A DNA stretch of 64,000 bases from positions 416,001 to 480,000 of the forward strand of contig CM000432.1 of the NCBI GenBank assembly GCA_000165345.1, written 5' to 3'. The translations under genes and the position numbers were made by a program. Positions 31,600 to 42,777 of this stretch are shown here, piece by piece. The notes under the pieces were generated by a model. That model was given only the letters and a program-made list of their open reading frames with translations. It ran no database searches and had not been told where the DNA came from. The first letter of the stretch is position 1. The number at the start of each line of letters is the position of its first letter.

Positions 31600-33033
31600 A
31601 TGATCAGTTTTTTACAAAGCCAATTGCAAGACGAAGATGAAATGAATATAAATTATAATCAAAATAACAGTGAAACTCAAGCTGAAGACATTAATGTTGA
31701 AGGAGATGGATTAGATTTAGGAAATATTACTGACTTAGGAGCAGATTTGAATGATTTAATGAATGATAATGAAGAAAATACATTTGGTGTTAGTTTATAC
31801 GAGGATCTTATTGATATTAATTCAATCGATGTTGAAAGAAACAATTCAAACCTTCAAAAGACCATTGAAAATGAAGTAACTTTAAAGTCAAAAATTGAGA
31901 CTAGCTTACTTGTTTACAAAGTAAATTGTGAAAGGTCTGATACAATAATTATTTATGAGGAAAAAAATGTTAAATTTGGCCTTTCAAATGATTTAATAGG
32001 AACTGGTACACTAATTTTAGAAAAAATTGAAGATTCTGATGTATTTGCATTATCATGGGAAGGAAAATTGCTCGAATGCTTTAGTAGCAACAAACAAAGC
32101 ATTCAAGATGTCTCTAAATACTCATTTTTATTGCAATACATTATTGATATTAATATAAAAATTATTCAAGATGATGAATTCTTTATTTTTATCAAGTCTG
32201 ATTTCCAACTTGAGAATGAAACCATTTTTCTTCAGTTTTCTTTTAATTCAGAGGAAAAGGCAAACTTCTGGTATAATAATTTAACTAAGTATAAACGATT
32301 AATTATTAAAAAAACAAATGTTGAAGAAAATGATAATAATACTAAACAAACTCAAGTAAAAAGATCTAGAGAATATTCAAATGATTGCCAAATTAATGAT
32401 CAGAAACATAAATCTCTTTCAATAAGTAACTCTCAACCCCCAAAGATTTCAATTCCTTTTTATAGAGATAATAAACATTCCAAAAAATCGTCAAATATTC
32501 CAAACACTCTTAGTTATTATCAATCTGAGAATCTTTTTCCTCTGGTTAAACATGAAGATAAAGTTCATATTGAAAATCAAATTAAAAATCTCATCTACAC
32601 AAATATTAGCATTACAAATGATCTTGATAATAATTCTACCGATGTATTATCATCTTTTGATATTGAATCTAACAAATCCATTATTAAGCAAAAGTGTTCA
32701 TTTATTAAATTTATTGTCAACTCTATTCAATCAAATATTGTGGAAAATAAAACTTCATCATTGTCAATTTCAACATTTCCAAAGTCTATCCAATCCTCAT
32801 CATCATGTGATAATACACTAAATTTTCAAGCAACTAAAGAAAATTATGCACAAAATTCCCAACCCCAAATTTTTACATGCCCGATATGCTATGAAAGTTT
32901 TGATTATAATGATATAATTACGCTTCAACCATGTGGACATCAATTATGTTTTTATTGTGAGCATAGATTGGTGGATTCTAAATGCCCTTGGGATAGATCT
33001 AAATATACTATTAAAACTCAAGAAAAGTGTTAA
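31600..33033 (+). CDS. RING-finger (C3HC4-type) protein with an N-terminal PH/GRAM-like domain. It is probably an E3 ubiquitin ligase
   Basis: The C-terminus is CPICYESFDYNDIITLQPCGHQLCFYCEHRLVDSKCPWDRS (C-x2-C...C-x-H-x2-C-x2-C...C-P-W). The N-terminal LILEKIEDSDVFALSWEGKLL...FFIFIKSDFQ...EEKANFWYNNL fits a PH-like fold. The track start at 31594 is a TTG and the ATG is at 31600. Confidence 0.75.
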   Translation: MISFLQSQLQDEDEMNINYNQNNSETQAEDINVEGDGLDLGNITDLGADLNDLMNDNEENTFGVSLYEDLIDINSIDVERNNSNLQKTIENEVTLKSKIETSLLVYKVNCERSDTIIIYEEKNVKFGLSNDLIGTGTLILEKIEDSDVFALSWEGKLLECFSSNKQSIQDVSKYSFLLQYIIDINIKIIQDDEFFIFIKSDFQLENETIFLQFSFNSEEKANFWYNNLTKYKRLIIKKTNVEENDNNTKQTQVKRSREYSNDCQINDQKHKSLSISNSQPPKISIPFYRDNKHSKKSSNIPNTLSYYQSENLFPLVKHEDKVHIENQIKNLIYTNISITNDLDNNSTDVLSSFDIESNKSIIKQKCSFIKFIVNSIQSNIVENKTSSLSISTFPKSIQSSSSCDNTLNFQATKENYAQNSQPQIFTCPICYESFDYNDIITLQPCGHQLCFYCEHRLVDSKCPWDRSKYTIKTQEKC

Positions 33034-33275
33034 TTAACAGGTTAAAATATCATTGACTGGACGAAAATAAATCCAATTATACTCCTAAAAATATAAACTT
33101 TATAAATTTAATAATTAAAAATTTGTTGTTACAAAAATTTTTGATTGAAATAGAATATAAAATTAATTTAGGAAATACTATAATAATCCACTAAATTTAT
33201 ATAAATTTTTTAAAAGTATTTTTCACTAAAAAATTTTTAAAAGATCAATTTTCATAAATATTTTTCTTATTATTT

Positions 33276-33983
33276 TCACTCTTTAATAACAATTGCTAAA
33301 TTGTTATCAGAATCGATATTATTCTTGGTATTTACATTAGTAGTAGTAGTAGTAGTAGCATCACCAGCTTTAACTTCTTTGTCTTTTATATCTCTTGAAT
33401 TAATTCTTGATAAAAGAGGTTTATTATCCAAATTACTTGAAATTTTATTTATAGAGTTCATATACTTTGAAGATCTAAATTTTTTACCAGATAACTCTTC
33501 AAAAATACTTGATGCTTCTATTTCATTCAAATATTCAGAAATCTTCCAAATACATATCACACTCAAAATGGTACTAATCATTAATACGAATGATAAAGTC
33601 AAGCCAACACTAAAATCTAATATCACAAAATCCTTTGTATTTTTATACATAATACTTTCAACAAATAACCCAATTGAAATCAAAAATGTAACTAAATTCT
33701 CCATCGCTAAAAGAGGAATTGTTGACCTTATTGCGAGTCCTGATGGACAAAGAATCCCAATCATTCCAACTATTGATGTGATTACATCAATAGATCCAAA
33801 TGCCAAACATACTGCAATAAATATTGGCGAAGAAACCTTTAACCAAGCAACGCTAAATAGTGATATTCCGTAAACCATCGGGAGAAAATATGATAAAAAA
33901 GCTCTGAACCTTGTGCTAAATATCTCGCAACTCATCTTTTTTTCAATAACTTCTGTGTCACTTTCTTTAGAAGCATTGTCCAT
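33276..33983 (-). CDS. Hypothetical four-TM membrane protein (235 aa) with a poly-Thr stretch near the C-terminus
   Basis: ATG ORF. Four hydrophobic helices lie in the N-terminal 150 aa and a TTTTTT run is encoded by (act)n at 33340-33360. Confidence 0.6.
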   Translation of the reverse strand: MDNASKESDTEVIEKKMSCEIFSTRFRAFLSYFLPMVYGISLFSVAWLKVSSPIFIAVCLAFGSIDVITSIVGMIGILCPSGLAIRSTIPLLAMENLVTFLISIGLFVESIMYKNTKDFVILDFSVGLTLSFVLMISTILSVICIWKISEYLNEIEASSIFEELSGKKFRSSKYMNSINKISSNLDNKPLLSRINSRDIKDKEVKAGDATTTTTTNVNTKNNIDSDNNLAIVIKE

Positions 33984-34306
33984 TTTATTTAGTATTCTTC
34001 TCGGATTCTTATAGTTTTCTTTATTTCGAATAAATAATTCCCACGGGTCTTTTAGTTTCTCTTAATACAGTTTAAATGCTTTAATTAATCCTTTTATTTT
34101 TTTTAAATCATATTCTGTATTTCAATTTAATGTATTGGTGCACCATTTAATAATATTTTTTTAACACCCCCAGGCACACTGTGTGTTAAAACACACCAAA
34201 AAATATAAATTTTAAAAAATTATCGAGTTCAATTTATTAATTTTTTTTAAATAAGAATGAGCTCGTTTAGTATTAGCAATATCACAGATTGCAATAACAA
34301 TATTGT

Positions 34307-34954
34307 TCAATCAATTATTACAATCTTCAATTCTCGACTATACTTATCTCCTAAACTAATATTTGCAAATAATGAATAAATATATGAATAAATTACTGAT
34401 TTAGTTTCGTTTGATAAATGTTCATCAATATCTATTAGCTTATCAAATTGATTGATTATTAAATATTTAATTTCTCCATATTTATATAATTCATGTATTC
34501 GGAGAATAATTTCAAACAACGAAATTTCTCCCCCCATAGAACCAACAGATAGTGATAACCTATCAGAATACTTTATTAGCACATTGTTTAAAAACTTATA
34601 TTTAGATAATTGCCCAGGCTCATTCCTAAGTGATTTATGAAAATCTCTATCTAATATCAATAATATATTTTTTTTTCGAGTATAGTCTGAATGAATTGAT
34701 TGCTCTTGCAACTCATTAATATTGGTTCCGTGTAATGAATTAATTTTCTCGGATAAATGCTCACAATACTTCAATAGCCAATCAGATTTATCTGTATCTG
34801 ATGTAAAATCATTAAATCTCAAAACTAATATGTTTTTATTATATTCAAGCATGAAAGCTTGAAATAAATTTTCATTAATTTCTTCATTTAGGAAAAAGGT
34901 ATTTAATGCTACATCGTCGAAATCTACTTGATCTTCAGCCAGCTCAGATAGCAT
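34307..34954 (-). CDS. Hypothetical protein (215 aa)
   Basis: ATG ORF with coding-like composition. No motif is recognised. Confidence 0.5.
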   Translation of the reverse strand: MLSELAEDQVDFDDVALNTFFLNEEINENLFQAFMLEYNKNILVLRFNDFTSDTDKSDWLLKYCEHLSEKINSLHGTNINELQEQSIHSDYTRKKNILLILDRDFHKSLRNEPGQLSKYKFLNNVLIKYSDRLSLSVGSMGGEISLFEIILRIHELYKYGEIKYLIINQFDKLIDIDEHLSNETKSVIYSYIYSLFANISLGDKYSRELKIVIID

Positions 34955-35154
34955 CTAATTGTCCAATATTGATTAGGTTCTTTTTTATTCTTTAATGATT
35001 ATAATTTAAAAAAAAAAAAAAAAAGTTGTTTTCCTTCGAATAATTTTGATTATTTGTCCCTCACTTCCACCCCCCAATTTCAGCTAACTAATAATACTGA
35101 AGAATTTGGCAAAACTTCGCTTATGAATAGCAATAAAATACTTAACAGTAGACT

Positions 35155-35892
35155 TTAAACTGAAAATGATGCTTTTTCCAATATATTTGATAGGAATTTT
35201 GCTAAAATTGCTGAGATTACACGTGTTGAAACTACGATCAATATATATTTTCCTTGTACTGTAGGTGTAATTAATTGCCATGCAACCCAAATTAATGTTA
35301 TATATGTAAAACTTCTCCAGTTCTGAAAAGGTTTAATTGGCCAATTAAAGATCCTATTATTATTTACTACTTCAATTTTCATGTGTAACTTACTTTCGCA
35401 GACCTCATAAAAAAATTCTTTACTATTAAAAATATTAATACTAGTGTAAATATAGTATTTACTGTTATCCCCACTAATAAAGTAGAATAATTTAAAATCT
35501 AAAATCATTGATTTAATACTTTTATATTTATGAATAACTTTTGTTACTTACCAATTTATATTTAAATATGTTATAAACTATTTTAACCATTGTAGGAACA
35601 ACTGTCATTTCAAACAATAAGCTAATTAGAAAAAACAAATAAAAATAAATTTCATGTTTTGTATAAATGGATTTTAACTGGTCGATAGTAATTGAATTAA
35701 TATTCCATATTTCACTAAATGACTTATTTTGAATTTTAAATGATAATAATTTATCCAATTGATGTGGTAAGCCTTTATGAACAATAAATTTAAACATTTA
35801 TTTATATTTGAAGTTGTTAATTTCTACTTACCTATTTTTGAACTCCCATCAGGCTGTTGGATTAATATTGGTTCAATCTCTTCAACAATCAT
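35155..35892 (-). CDS. Small multi-pass membrane protein (about 184 aa) encoded by four exons (35832..35892, 35552..35772, 35394..35498, 35155..35322)
   Basis: All three introns (59, 53 and 71 nt) start with GTAAGT and end with AAAG, TTTAG and TTTCAG respectively. The exon phases are consistent (1, 0, 0). The ORF-track fragments 35528..35797 and 35155..35508 are joined by this model, and the track reads exon 3 in the wrong frame. The product is MIVEEIEPILIQQPDGSSKIG LPHQLDKLLSFKIQNKSFSEIWNINS...TMVKIVYNIFKYKL ILNYSTLLVGITVNTIFTLVLIFLIVKNFFMRSAK NWRSFTYITLIWVAWQLITPTVQGKYILIVVSTRVISAILAKFLSNILEKASFSV. No family is recognised. Confidence 0.5.
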
Positions 35893-36592
35893 TTTATTTG
35901 TAAATTTTTTTTAGGAGATTATAATTTGTCTAAAATTAAATAACTCAATAAATTTACTTAATAGTCACTTTTCATACACGTAATTTCCACATTACATGTT
36001 GCATGCATATTTATACAGAAAATATTTTTTTTGGTACCGGTACATGTAAATTACTATAATTTAAAATTAGGATATTCAATTAGAAATATATCCAAACTTA
36101 ACTTATTATTAAATTATGAATTCAATTAATCTAATTTTTTTAATGAATATAATTCGGAAACTTCTTTATCCTACAAAGTGGAAATTTAAAAACTACTAAT
36201 TGTAGAATATTCATATAGAAATAATTAACCAGGTTTAAATATAAATATTTAGTTTGAAAATACTTTTTTTAGATATTAATAACAATAAATGTGTTGTTTA
36301 TATTGTTTATTTCTATTTTGCATGCAATTATTTTAAAAGGTCCTACGGAGACTTGACATCCACATTTGGCGCATCTTTATTTTATGTGGCTTTAATCAAA
36401 TTATTTATGCAACAATAGCCAAAAAAAGTAAAACAAAATTGATATCATAAAGAAAAAATATTCATGTAACACAACTTAATGAATACTTTATGTATTATTT
36501 CCATTACTTAGGTTAACAGAGTAACTTTTTTCTTGTAAATTATTTAAATATGTTCAATTAGAAGATCTATTAAGAAGAAAACACCTTCAGAA

Positions 36593-38548
36593 ATGAAATT
36601 TGAAAATGAAGAATATTATGAAAAAATAACTGACAAAGATCGAGAGCTTAGCAGCTACTCTGAAACTAGTAACAGTTATCTTTGCTCAAATAAAGAAGAA
36701 AATTATAAAGAAATTAGTACCAAAAGCTTTCACACAACTCCAAAAAGATTATTAAAATATAATAAAAATGAAAGTGATAATGAAAGTTTACAACAAAAAA
36801 TTAGATCTAAAAAAATTGCAAGAAATGAACTCAGTGAATTAAAAAGAATTGAAATAGAATTGGTAAAAGAAATGGACTCCGCGAGATCTACGAGTAGAAA
36901 TTCATCTGAAAATAGAAAAAAATACGAGAACTATTTGCTGAAACGAACCGATAAAATTTCTTTGTTAGAGCTAGAAATTTTGACAGAAACAATTAATATT
37001 GATTCTAATAATAATGACCAAAGTGCATTAGTACAGGATATACTTTCATTTATTGATCGTTTAAAAAATTTATTTGCAATATTGAATAATAAAAAAATCC
37101 AGTTTCCATTGGATTATTATCAAAAATGGGTTTTAGAATATAATCAAATAATAAATAATTTATATAATACAAATAAAGAATCTTCAACTAATTACGAACA
37201 TTACTTCAAATTAAATGTTGAGTCAGTTAAATTAATTCGATCATTTTTTTATTATTTCCAAAATTTATCTGAATTATTTGTTAAAGAAAAGAAAAATAAT
37301 AAAAAAATATTAAATAATAATATGGTATTAAAACAGGATAATATTAAATTATCACATTTAATTAAATCATTAAAAATCAATCATAATAAAGAAACTGAAA
37401 AGAAATCAAACGGTTTATCCATAGAGAAAACATTGGAAGTGTCAATTATTAATAAAAATACTACTGGAAAACAATTTTCTGATGCATTAGTTGGTACTGA
37501 TGAACCAATTTGTTTAATAAATAATAATGTAAATAATGATGATATAAACAATATTCTCATTGATCTTATTCCAAACAAAAATAAGCAAACTTTATCTAAA
37601 ATAGATTCAATAAATGAAATAAGCATGTTGAGAACTGGAAGATTCCAAGATGCTCAAAACTATAGGGAAGGAATAATGAAAATAACTCAAGAATATAGTG
37701 GGCTTTATGATCGTACTAGAAATGAATATATTGAGAGATTATTGGAAAGACAAAAAAACCATGATATGGAAATAAAATTAATGATATCAAGCCATAAAGA
37801 AGACATTGATAAGATGAACGACTATTTTATTGAAGAAAAAAGGAAGATAAGTGAACAACATGATAGACAACTAAACGAGTTGCTGCAGGAGAATAAAAGA
37901 AAAATTGATATTATGAAATCAGATCATTCTTTAGAATTAAGGTTAGTACAACAGAAATATAAGCAAATAATTAATGATAACAATAAAGAAAAAGATAACT
38001 CAATTCAAGCTTTCAAGATAAAATTTGAGCATATATTGATTGACATGGAGAGTAATAAAGATAGGGAATTGTTGAATATGCAAATAGAATATGAAGATAA
38101 AATCAATGAACTAAAAGAAAATTATAAAAATATTATAGATAATTTAGAACTTGAATTACAAAGAAAAGAATTGCAATTCCAAGAAGAAAAGAAAATGATA
38201 ATTAATGAATTTGTCACAGCTCATAAAAGAGAGGTTGAGATATTAAAAAGTCAATCAATTAAATCCTTTGATTTCGAAAGAGATATTGACAGCCAATTAA
38301 TTACTGATACTAATATTTCTATTAATGATAACAATAATGATGAAAACATTGAAAACAATAAAAAGGATAAGATCATCTTAGGTGATGATAAAAAATATAA
38401 CGAAATTATCAAGAGATTAGATAATATAACAAGTAGAAGTTCTTCAAAAGCTGAAAGTGGAAAAATTGGATTGTTTGAGAATAAGCATTCATCAACTACA
38501 AATTCAACCGCATCATCTTCGGCTATTCCATCAAACAATATATGTTAA
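36593..38548 (+). CDS. Hypothetical Lys/Glu/Asn-rich coiled-coil protein (651 aa)
   Basis: ATG ORF with a heptad-like charged low-complexity central region and no enzymatic motif. Confidence 0.65.
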   Translation: MKFENEEYYEKITDKDRELSSYSETSNSYLCSNKEENYKEISTKSFHTTPKRLLKYNKNESDNESLQQKIRSKKIARNELSELKRIEIELVKEMDSARSTSRNSSENRKKYENYLLKRTDKISLLELEILTETINIDSNNNDQSALVQDILSFIDRLKNLFAILNNKKIQFPLDYYQKWVLEYNQIINNLYNTNKESSTNYEHYFKLNVESVKLIRSFFYYFQNLSELFVKEKKNNKKILNNNMVLKQDNIKLSHLIKSLKINHNKETEKKSNGLSIEKTLEVSIINKNTTGKQFSDALVGTDEPICLINNNVNNDDINNILIDLIPNKNKQTLSKIDSINEISMLRTGRFQDAQNYREGIMKITQEYSGLYDRTRNEYIERLLERQKNHDMEIKLMISSHKEDIDKMNDYFIEEKRKISEQHDRQLNELLQENKRKIDIMKSDHSLELRLVQQKYKQIINDNNKEKDNSIQAFKIKFEHILIDMESNKDRELLNMQIEYEDKINELKENYKNIIDNLELELQRKELQFQEEKKMIINEFVTAHKREVEILKSQSIKSFDFERDIDSQLITDTNISINDNNNDENIENNKKDKIILGDDKKYNEIIKRLDNITSRSSSKAESGKIGLFENKHSSTTNSTASSSAIPSNNIC

Positions 38549-38662
38549 ATTATTTATTTTAATAACGGCTCTTGCTATTTTAACAATTATTCTCGTATTT
38601 TCCATTTTTTTGCTTATGCTTAATGAAAATTTATACATTAGAATCTTAAATTTAGCACACAT

Positions 38663-38683
38663 TAGGCGGGAGAATGCGGCGCC
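38663..38683. promoter_or_regulatory. E2F-like TTAGGCGGGAG followed by a GCGGCGCC box, in the promoter region of the Tctex-1 gene
   Basis: A GC-rich island, ATTAGGCGGGAGAATGCGGCGCCACTCACTCTCG, lies 160 bp upstream of ATG 38845. Confidence 0.4.
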
Positions 38684-38844
38684 ACTCACTCTCGTAGATT
38701 AATTATGTGGGCTTTAGTATATTTAAATAAATCAAGTTAAATTCAGGTTGTGCAAAAGAAATTATATATAAATATATATAATAAGAAACCAGGAAGATTA
38801 ATATTAATAAGAAGTCAATTTGATTGATTAGTACTCTAATTAAA

Positions 38845-39300
38845 ATGTCAAGTTCATCAAATTTAGGGAGTGACCCTTCAAATCCTACAAATAAATCAAC
38901 TGAAAACCCCGTAGGTGGTACGGCAGAACATGATTTTGACCCAAATTCTATGCCCAATGGACAGATCTCGTCAATTTCTTCATTTTCTTCAATAAAGGAT
39001 GGCGTTCAAGATTGTATTATTACATCTATCAACTCTGTTTTAGACCAATCCACTGAATATAATGCATCTGAAGTCACAACATGGGTAGATTCAATTACAA
39101 GTCAATGTTTAGAGAATTTACGCAAGCTGAGTGAAAAATTCAAGTATATTGTGAGTGTTATCGTTCTACAAAGGAGTCCCGCAGGTTTCCATCTTTTTAC
39201 TACATGTTACTGGGACCAGGCAAATGATGGAAGTGTTACCCATCGTTGGGATAACAAAAACTTGCATTGTGTCGTGGTCGTATATGGGGTTGCATATTAG
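38845..39300 (+). CDS. Tctex-1 family dynein light chain
   Basis: The C-terminal domain EVTTWVDSITSQCLENLRKLSEKFKYIVSVIVLQRSPAGFHLFTTCYWDQANDGSVTHRWDNKNLHCVVVVYGVAY matches the Tctex-1 signature (...C.WD...DG.....W.N....C.V.V.G.A.). The track start at 38824 is a TTG. The ATG at 38845 has an A-rich context. Confidence 0.75.
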   Translation: MSSSSNLGSDPSNPTNKSTENPVGGTAEHDFDPNSMPNGQISSISSFSSIKDGVQDCIITSINSVLDQSTEYNASEVTTWVDSITSQCLENLRKLSEKFKYIVSVIVLQRSPAGFHLFTTCYWDQANDGSVTHRWDNKNLHCVVVVYGVAY

Positions 39301-39562
39301 TTATTAGTGAAAAGTGTAAATAGAAGCTAATTATTATGCATGACTTACCAAGCATAATATAATTGGAATAATAGGGAATTAAATTAAGAAATTGATAATA
39401 AGGACCTCGATTTATTTTCTTATTTTTTGCATATCTTCCTTTAAATTTATAAATGCATTATAAATCAGTAACTAGAAAATATGAAAGAGGCAATGGGAAT
39501 ACAAGTTAAAAAAAACTAATATATATTATCAAAATAGTGCTGGAAGAAATTCTAGAAAATCA

Positions 39563-42055
39563 TCATTCGACATGAATTTCACTTTTCTTCTTCATAAGTT
39601 GTAGTGCCTTATCAATTATTCCTGATTTATTTAAATCAGATTTAAAGTTAAAATCCTTGAAATTTGATTTATTTTCACTTTTTTTCCTAATGTTGGGCGT
39701 TTCCTTTTTAACTTTGGATATTTGCTTGTTAAATGTCTTCCTGATCATTTTTTTGGAATTTTCTATCAAATTAGGTTTGTTTTTTTTCAACAAATTATTT
39801 TTATTGTTAATATTCATTCTTTCCTTATGGCTTATAACTCCATCTAGATACTTAATATGGCCAATGATTTTATTTGGTTGTTCATTAATTCCAAAAGAAG
39901 ATGCAACATGGCCAAGGTGTAGTTTCTTAATTGAAAAAATCTTTGAAAATTCACGGTCATAACTCATATATGATCTTACAAAAGCAATGTATGCTCTCCT
40001 GGCTTTATTTAATAACTCATTATGTGAGTCATTTGGATCTAATGTAATAATTTTATTAATAATAGAATAGAAAAAACCAGATATATCATCTATTTTTCCA
40101 GAATTATTATTGTTTGAAATTAAACCTTCCCAAATTGTAGTGTCACTTAATTTTATAATTCCATTTTTACCTGTGATATTATAATTTTTTAATATTTCCA
40201 AATAACCCTCCTCTGTTGGCCTAAGAAAAATTATTCCTGTTCCCTTATCTCCCATGCGAGCAGTTCTTCCCATTCTATGAACATATTCTTCTATTGATTG
40301 AGGTGGATCTAGCTGTATTACTGTGTCTATCTTTGGAAAGTTTAATCCTCTACTTGCTACGTCAGAAGTAATTATTACCCCACCTTTCTTGCTTTTTTCA
40401 AAAGAATTTAATTGGCCGAGACGATCATCTTTATTCATATGTCCATGTAGCATAAAAATAGGTGGCTGTGTAACCGATTCGTTATTTGAAACAATATCGC
40501 CATCATCAAGATATTTATTTTCATAATTTAAATCAGAAGACTCATCATACTCTACTTCATCATCGAAAATAGAATTTTTAAATATATATTTATCAAACAT
40601 GCTTTCAAATATTTCAACTAACTGTGAACTATTTGTAAACCATTTCTTATGGCCTTTATGAAAATTATTATTATCAGATCTTTTCTTGTCGATCCTTGAT
40701 TCAAATTCAGAGTCAGAGTCAGAAAGAATCATTTCGCCATTTAAATCTGTATCGGACTCGCTGTCATAGCCATTGTTCAATTTCTTTTTCTTATTACTTT
40801 TAAATTTATTTGGTATTCGATCGTTTTTTGTTTCGCTACGCAAATCTTTATTATCAATTTCCTTTTTAAAATTCTCTAGTAATTTGATTGAATTCTTAAC
40901 GTTAGGACCACCTTTTATCAATAACTTTGATGGCCATCTAATACTTTGTAATAATGCAAAGTAAAATTCTACAACCTGGGTGCTAGAAACAAACAATACA
41001 GTTCTTTTCCCACTTCCTGTACGTGATAATAACAATGAAATAAGAGCCGGAATTCTGAATTTATCTTGAACAATCACATACTCTTGACGAAGATTAATTG
41101 GAACTGAAAATAATCCTTTGCTTGGAATATTCTGGTTTCCCTCTAAAACATCTTGGAATATCTCTAATTCTCCATCATCTTTCTTATGGCCTATTTCTCG
41201 ATATTGATCCAACACCAACCATTCAGGATCATTTTTAAGAGAATATCTTGCTAAATCTTCTACAGGTTTTGACAAAGTTGCGGAAACAAGAATAATTTGT
41301 CTATTAACTTTATCTAATTTTTTCTCTTTATTAACTTTAACATTCAATAGCATTGACAACTCTTCATCATCATCTCCGTTATATATTCCGTGACTACTTA
41401 AGTTTGCATTTTGATTTATTACAAATTGATAAATCTTTTTATAAGATGCCCCAAAACCTTCTTCTAATAATCTATCAGCTTCATCTACTATTAAAGTTTT
41501 CAAGTTTGTAACCTTAAAACAATTTGTTGAATCAATATGATCTAGAATTCTGCCAGGAGTACCTCCTAAAATTGTGATTCCTTTTCTTAGCCTTGCCTTT
41601 TCACTTTTTCTCTTTTCGCCTCCGCATATGCATCCTGTTACACACCAAGACATTTTTTGAACAATTAATCTTGCAGTTTCAATTGTTTGTATACAAAGCT
41701 CTCTTGTTGGTGTCAAGATTAAAATAATTGTCCCATCGCTTCTCCGAAAAGTTGTCCTTCCAATATCGTTTAATAAACTTCTCTGTATTGCTGGTACTAA
41801 AAATGAAAGAGTCTTGCCTGTTCCTGTAGGAGCCCTAAATAGTATATCGCCTCCATTAAGTATCTTTGGAATAACTAACTCTTGAACCTTAGTCATTTTC
41901 TCGTATCCCAAAGAATTTAATTGAGAGACCAATTTCTCATTTAATCCTTTTACGTCAGAAAATTTACGTGTATAAATTGACTCTGGTTTTGTCTGCTCAT
42001 TTATCTCCTCCTCTTTCAATTCTTCATCCGGAAAATATAATACATTCTCATCCAT
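39563..42055 (-). CDS. DEAD-box ATP-dependent RNA helicase, DDX31/Dbp7-like (a 60S ribosome biogenesis factor)
   Basis: Motifs present are Q (KMTKVQELVIP), I (FRAPTGTGKTLSF), Ia (TPTRELCIQ), II (IVDEADRLLEEGF), III (LVSATL), V (ITSDVASRGLNFP) and VI (HRMGRTARMG). The GGEKRKSEKARLRKGITILGGTPGR segment is typical of the DDX31/Dbp7 subgroup. Confidence 0.9.
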   Translation of the reverse strand: MDENVLYFPDEELKEEEINEQTKPESIYTRKFSDVKGLNEKLVSQLNSLGYEKMTKVQELVIPKILNGGDILFRAPTGTGKTLSFLVPAIQRSLLNDIGRTTFRRSDGTIILILTPTRELCIQTIETARLIVQKMSWCVTGCICGGEKRKSEKARLRKGITILGGTPGRILDHIDSTNCFKVTNLKTLIVDEADRLLEEGFGASYKKIYQFVINQNANLSSHGIYNGDDDEELSMLLNVKVNKEKKLDKVNRQIILVSATLSKPVEDLARYSLKNDPEWLVLDQYREIGHKKDDGELEIFQDVLEGNQNIPSKGLFSVPINLRQEYVIVQDKFRIPALISLLLSRTGSGKRTVLFVSSTQVVEFYFALLQSIRWPSKLLIKGGPNVKNSIKLLENFKKEIDNKDLRSETKNDRIPNKFKSNKKKKLNNGYDSESDTDLNGEMILSDSDSEFESRIDKKRSDNNNFHKGHKKWFTNSSQLVEIFESMFDKYIFKNSIFDDEVEYDESSDLNYENKYLDDGDIVSNNESVTQPPIFMLHGHMNKDDRLGQLNSFEKSKKGGVIITSDVASRGLNFPKIDTVIQLDPPQSIEEYVHRMGRTARMGDKGTGIIFLRPTEEGYLEILKNYNITGKNGIIKLSDTTIWEGLISNNNNSGKIDDISGFFYSIINKIITLDPNDSHNELLNKARRAYIAFVRSYMSYDREFSKIFSIKKLHLGHVASSFGINEQPNKIIGHIKYLDGVISHKERMNINNKNNLLKKNKPNLIENSKKMIRKTFNKQISKVKKETPNIRKKSENKSNFKDFNFKSDLNKSGIIDKALQLMKKKSEIHVE

Positions 42056-42690
42056 ACTTAAATTAGTATAAATATATCTTTATCGACATATATAAAGTAA
42101 TAAATTATACAAAATGCATAATATATTTTATGCAATTTAATTTTTTTTTATTGTCAAATTTTACATATATCTGTTTAAATACCGCTAACTTTGGCGCAAT
42201 TTTTTTAAGCTATAAGTTGCGAATAGAATTATTAATCTGCTATGAATAATGTTTCCATTAATTTCATTTGAATGGCTCAAACTTTTTACTTTAAAAGTTT
42301 TTTTAACTCACAAATTTTATTTACTAATTTACTTAATAGATTATTTAATTCCCCTTTCTTTTTTTTTTTTACTTTTCATATTCTTTAAGACAATGTTTAA
42401 AGTTTTAGCGATAATAACACTGAGAAATTTTGAACAGCCATATACACAGTAATTCATAAGAAACATCAATTATGAGAAACATTTCTGAAATAAATTCTAT
42501 CTCAAGTGCTTGGCAGCACATGTATTAAATTTTGTGTACTTTAAATCAATTTGAAAAAAACTCGCTTTGAATAAATTGCTAATCATCGATTAATAATTAA
42601 AAAGACAATTGTATTAAAAAATTGAAATATTTCCTAAGTAGCATAACAAATCAATGAATATTTAGTAAATATTATTATTTCAGAATTTAT

Positions 42691-42720
42691 CCCATAAAGA
42701 TATAAATTATGGGCGGAAAA
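42691..42720. promoter_or_regulatory. 7-bp inverted repeat CCCATAA-N9-TTATGGG fused to an E2F-like GGGCGGAAAA box, 60 bp upstream of the EEP nuclease gene
   Basis: The sequence is cccataaagatataaattatgggcggaaaa. Confidence 0.35.
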
Positions 42721-42777
42721 TATTAGAGTTAAAATTTATTTCCTTTATGTGGAATTTAACTTGAATAGATTTTTAAA

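Noticed and set aside
34171-34200. A CACAC-T-GTGTG mini-palindrome followed by ACACACC
   Set aside because: The stem is too short and the loop is only 1 nt, so it cannot form a meaningful hairpin. It is probably a simple dinucleotide repeat remnant or protein-binding site, with no further support.
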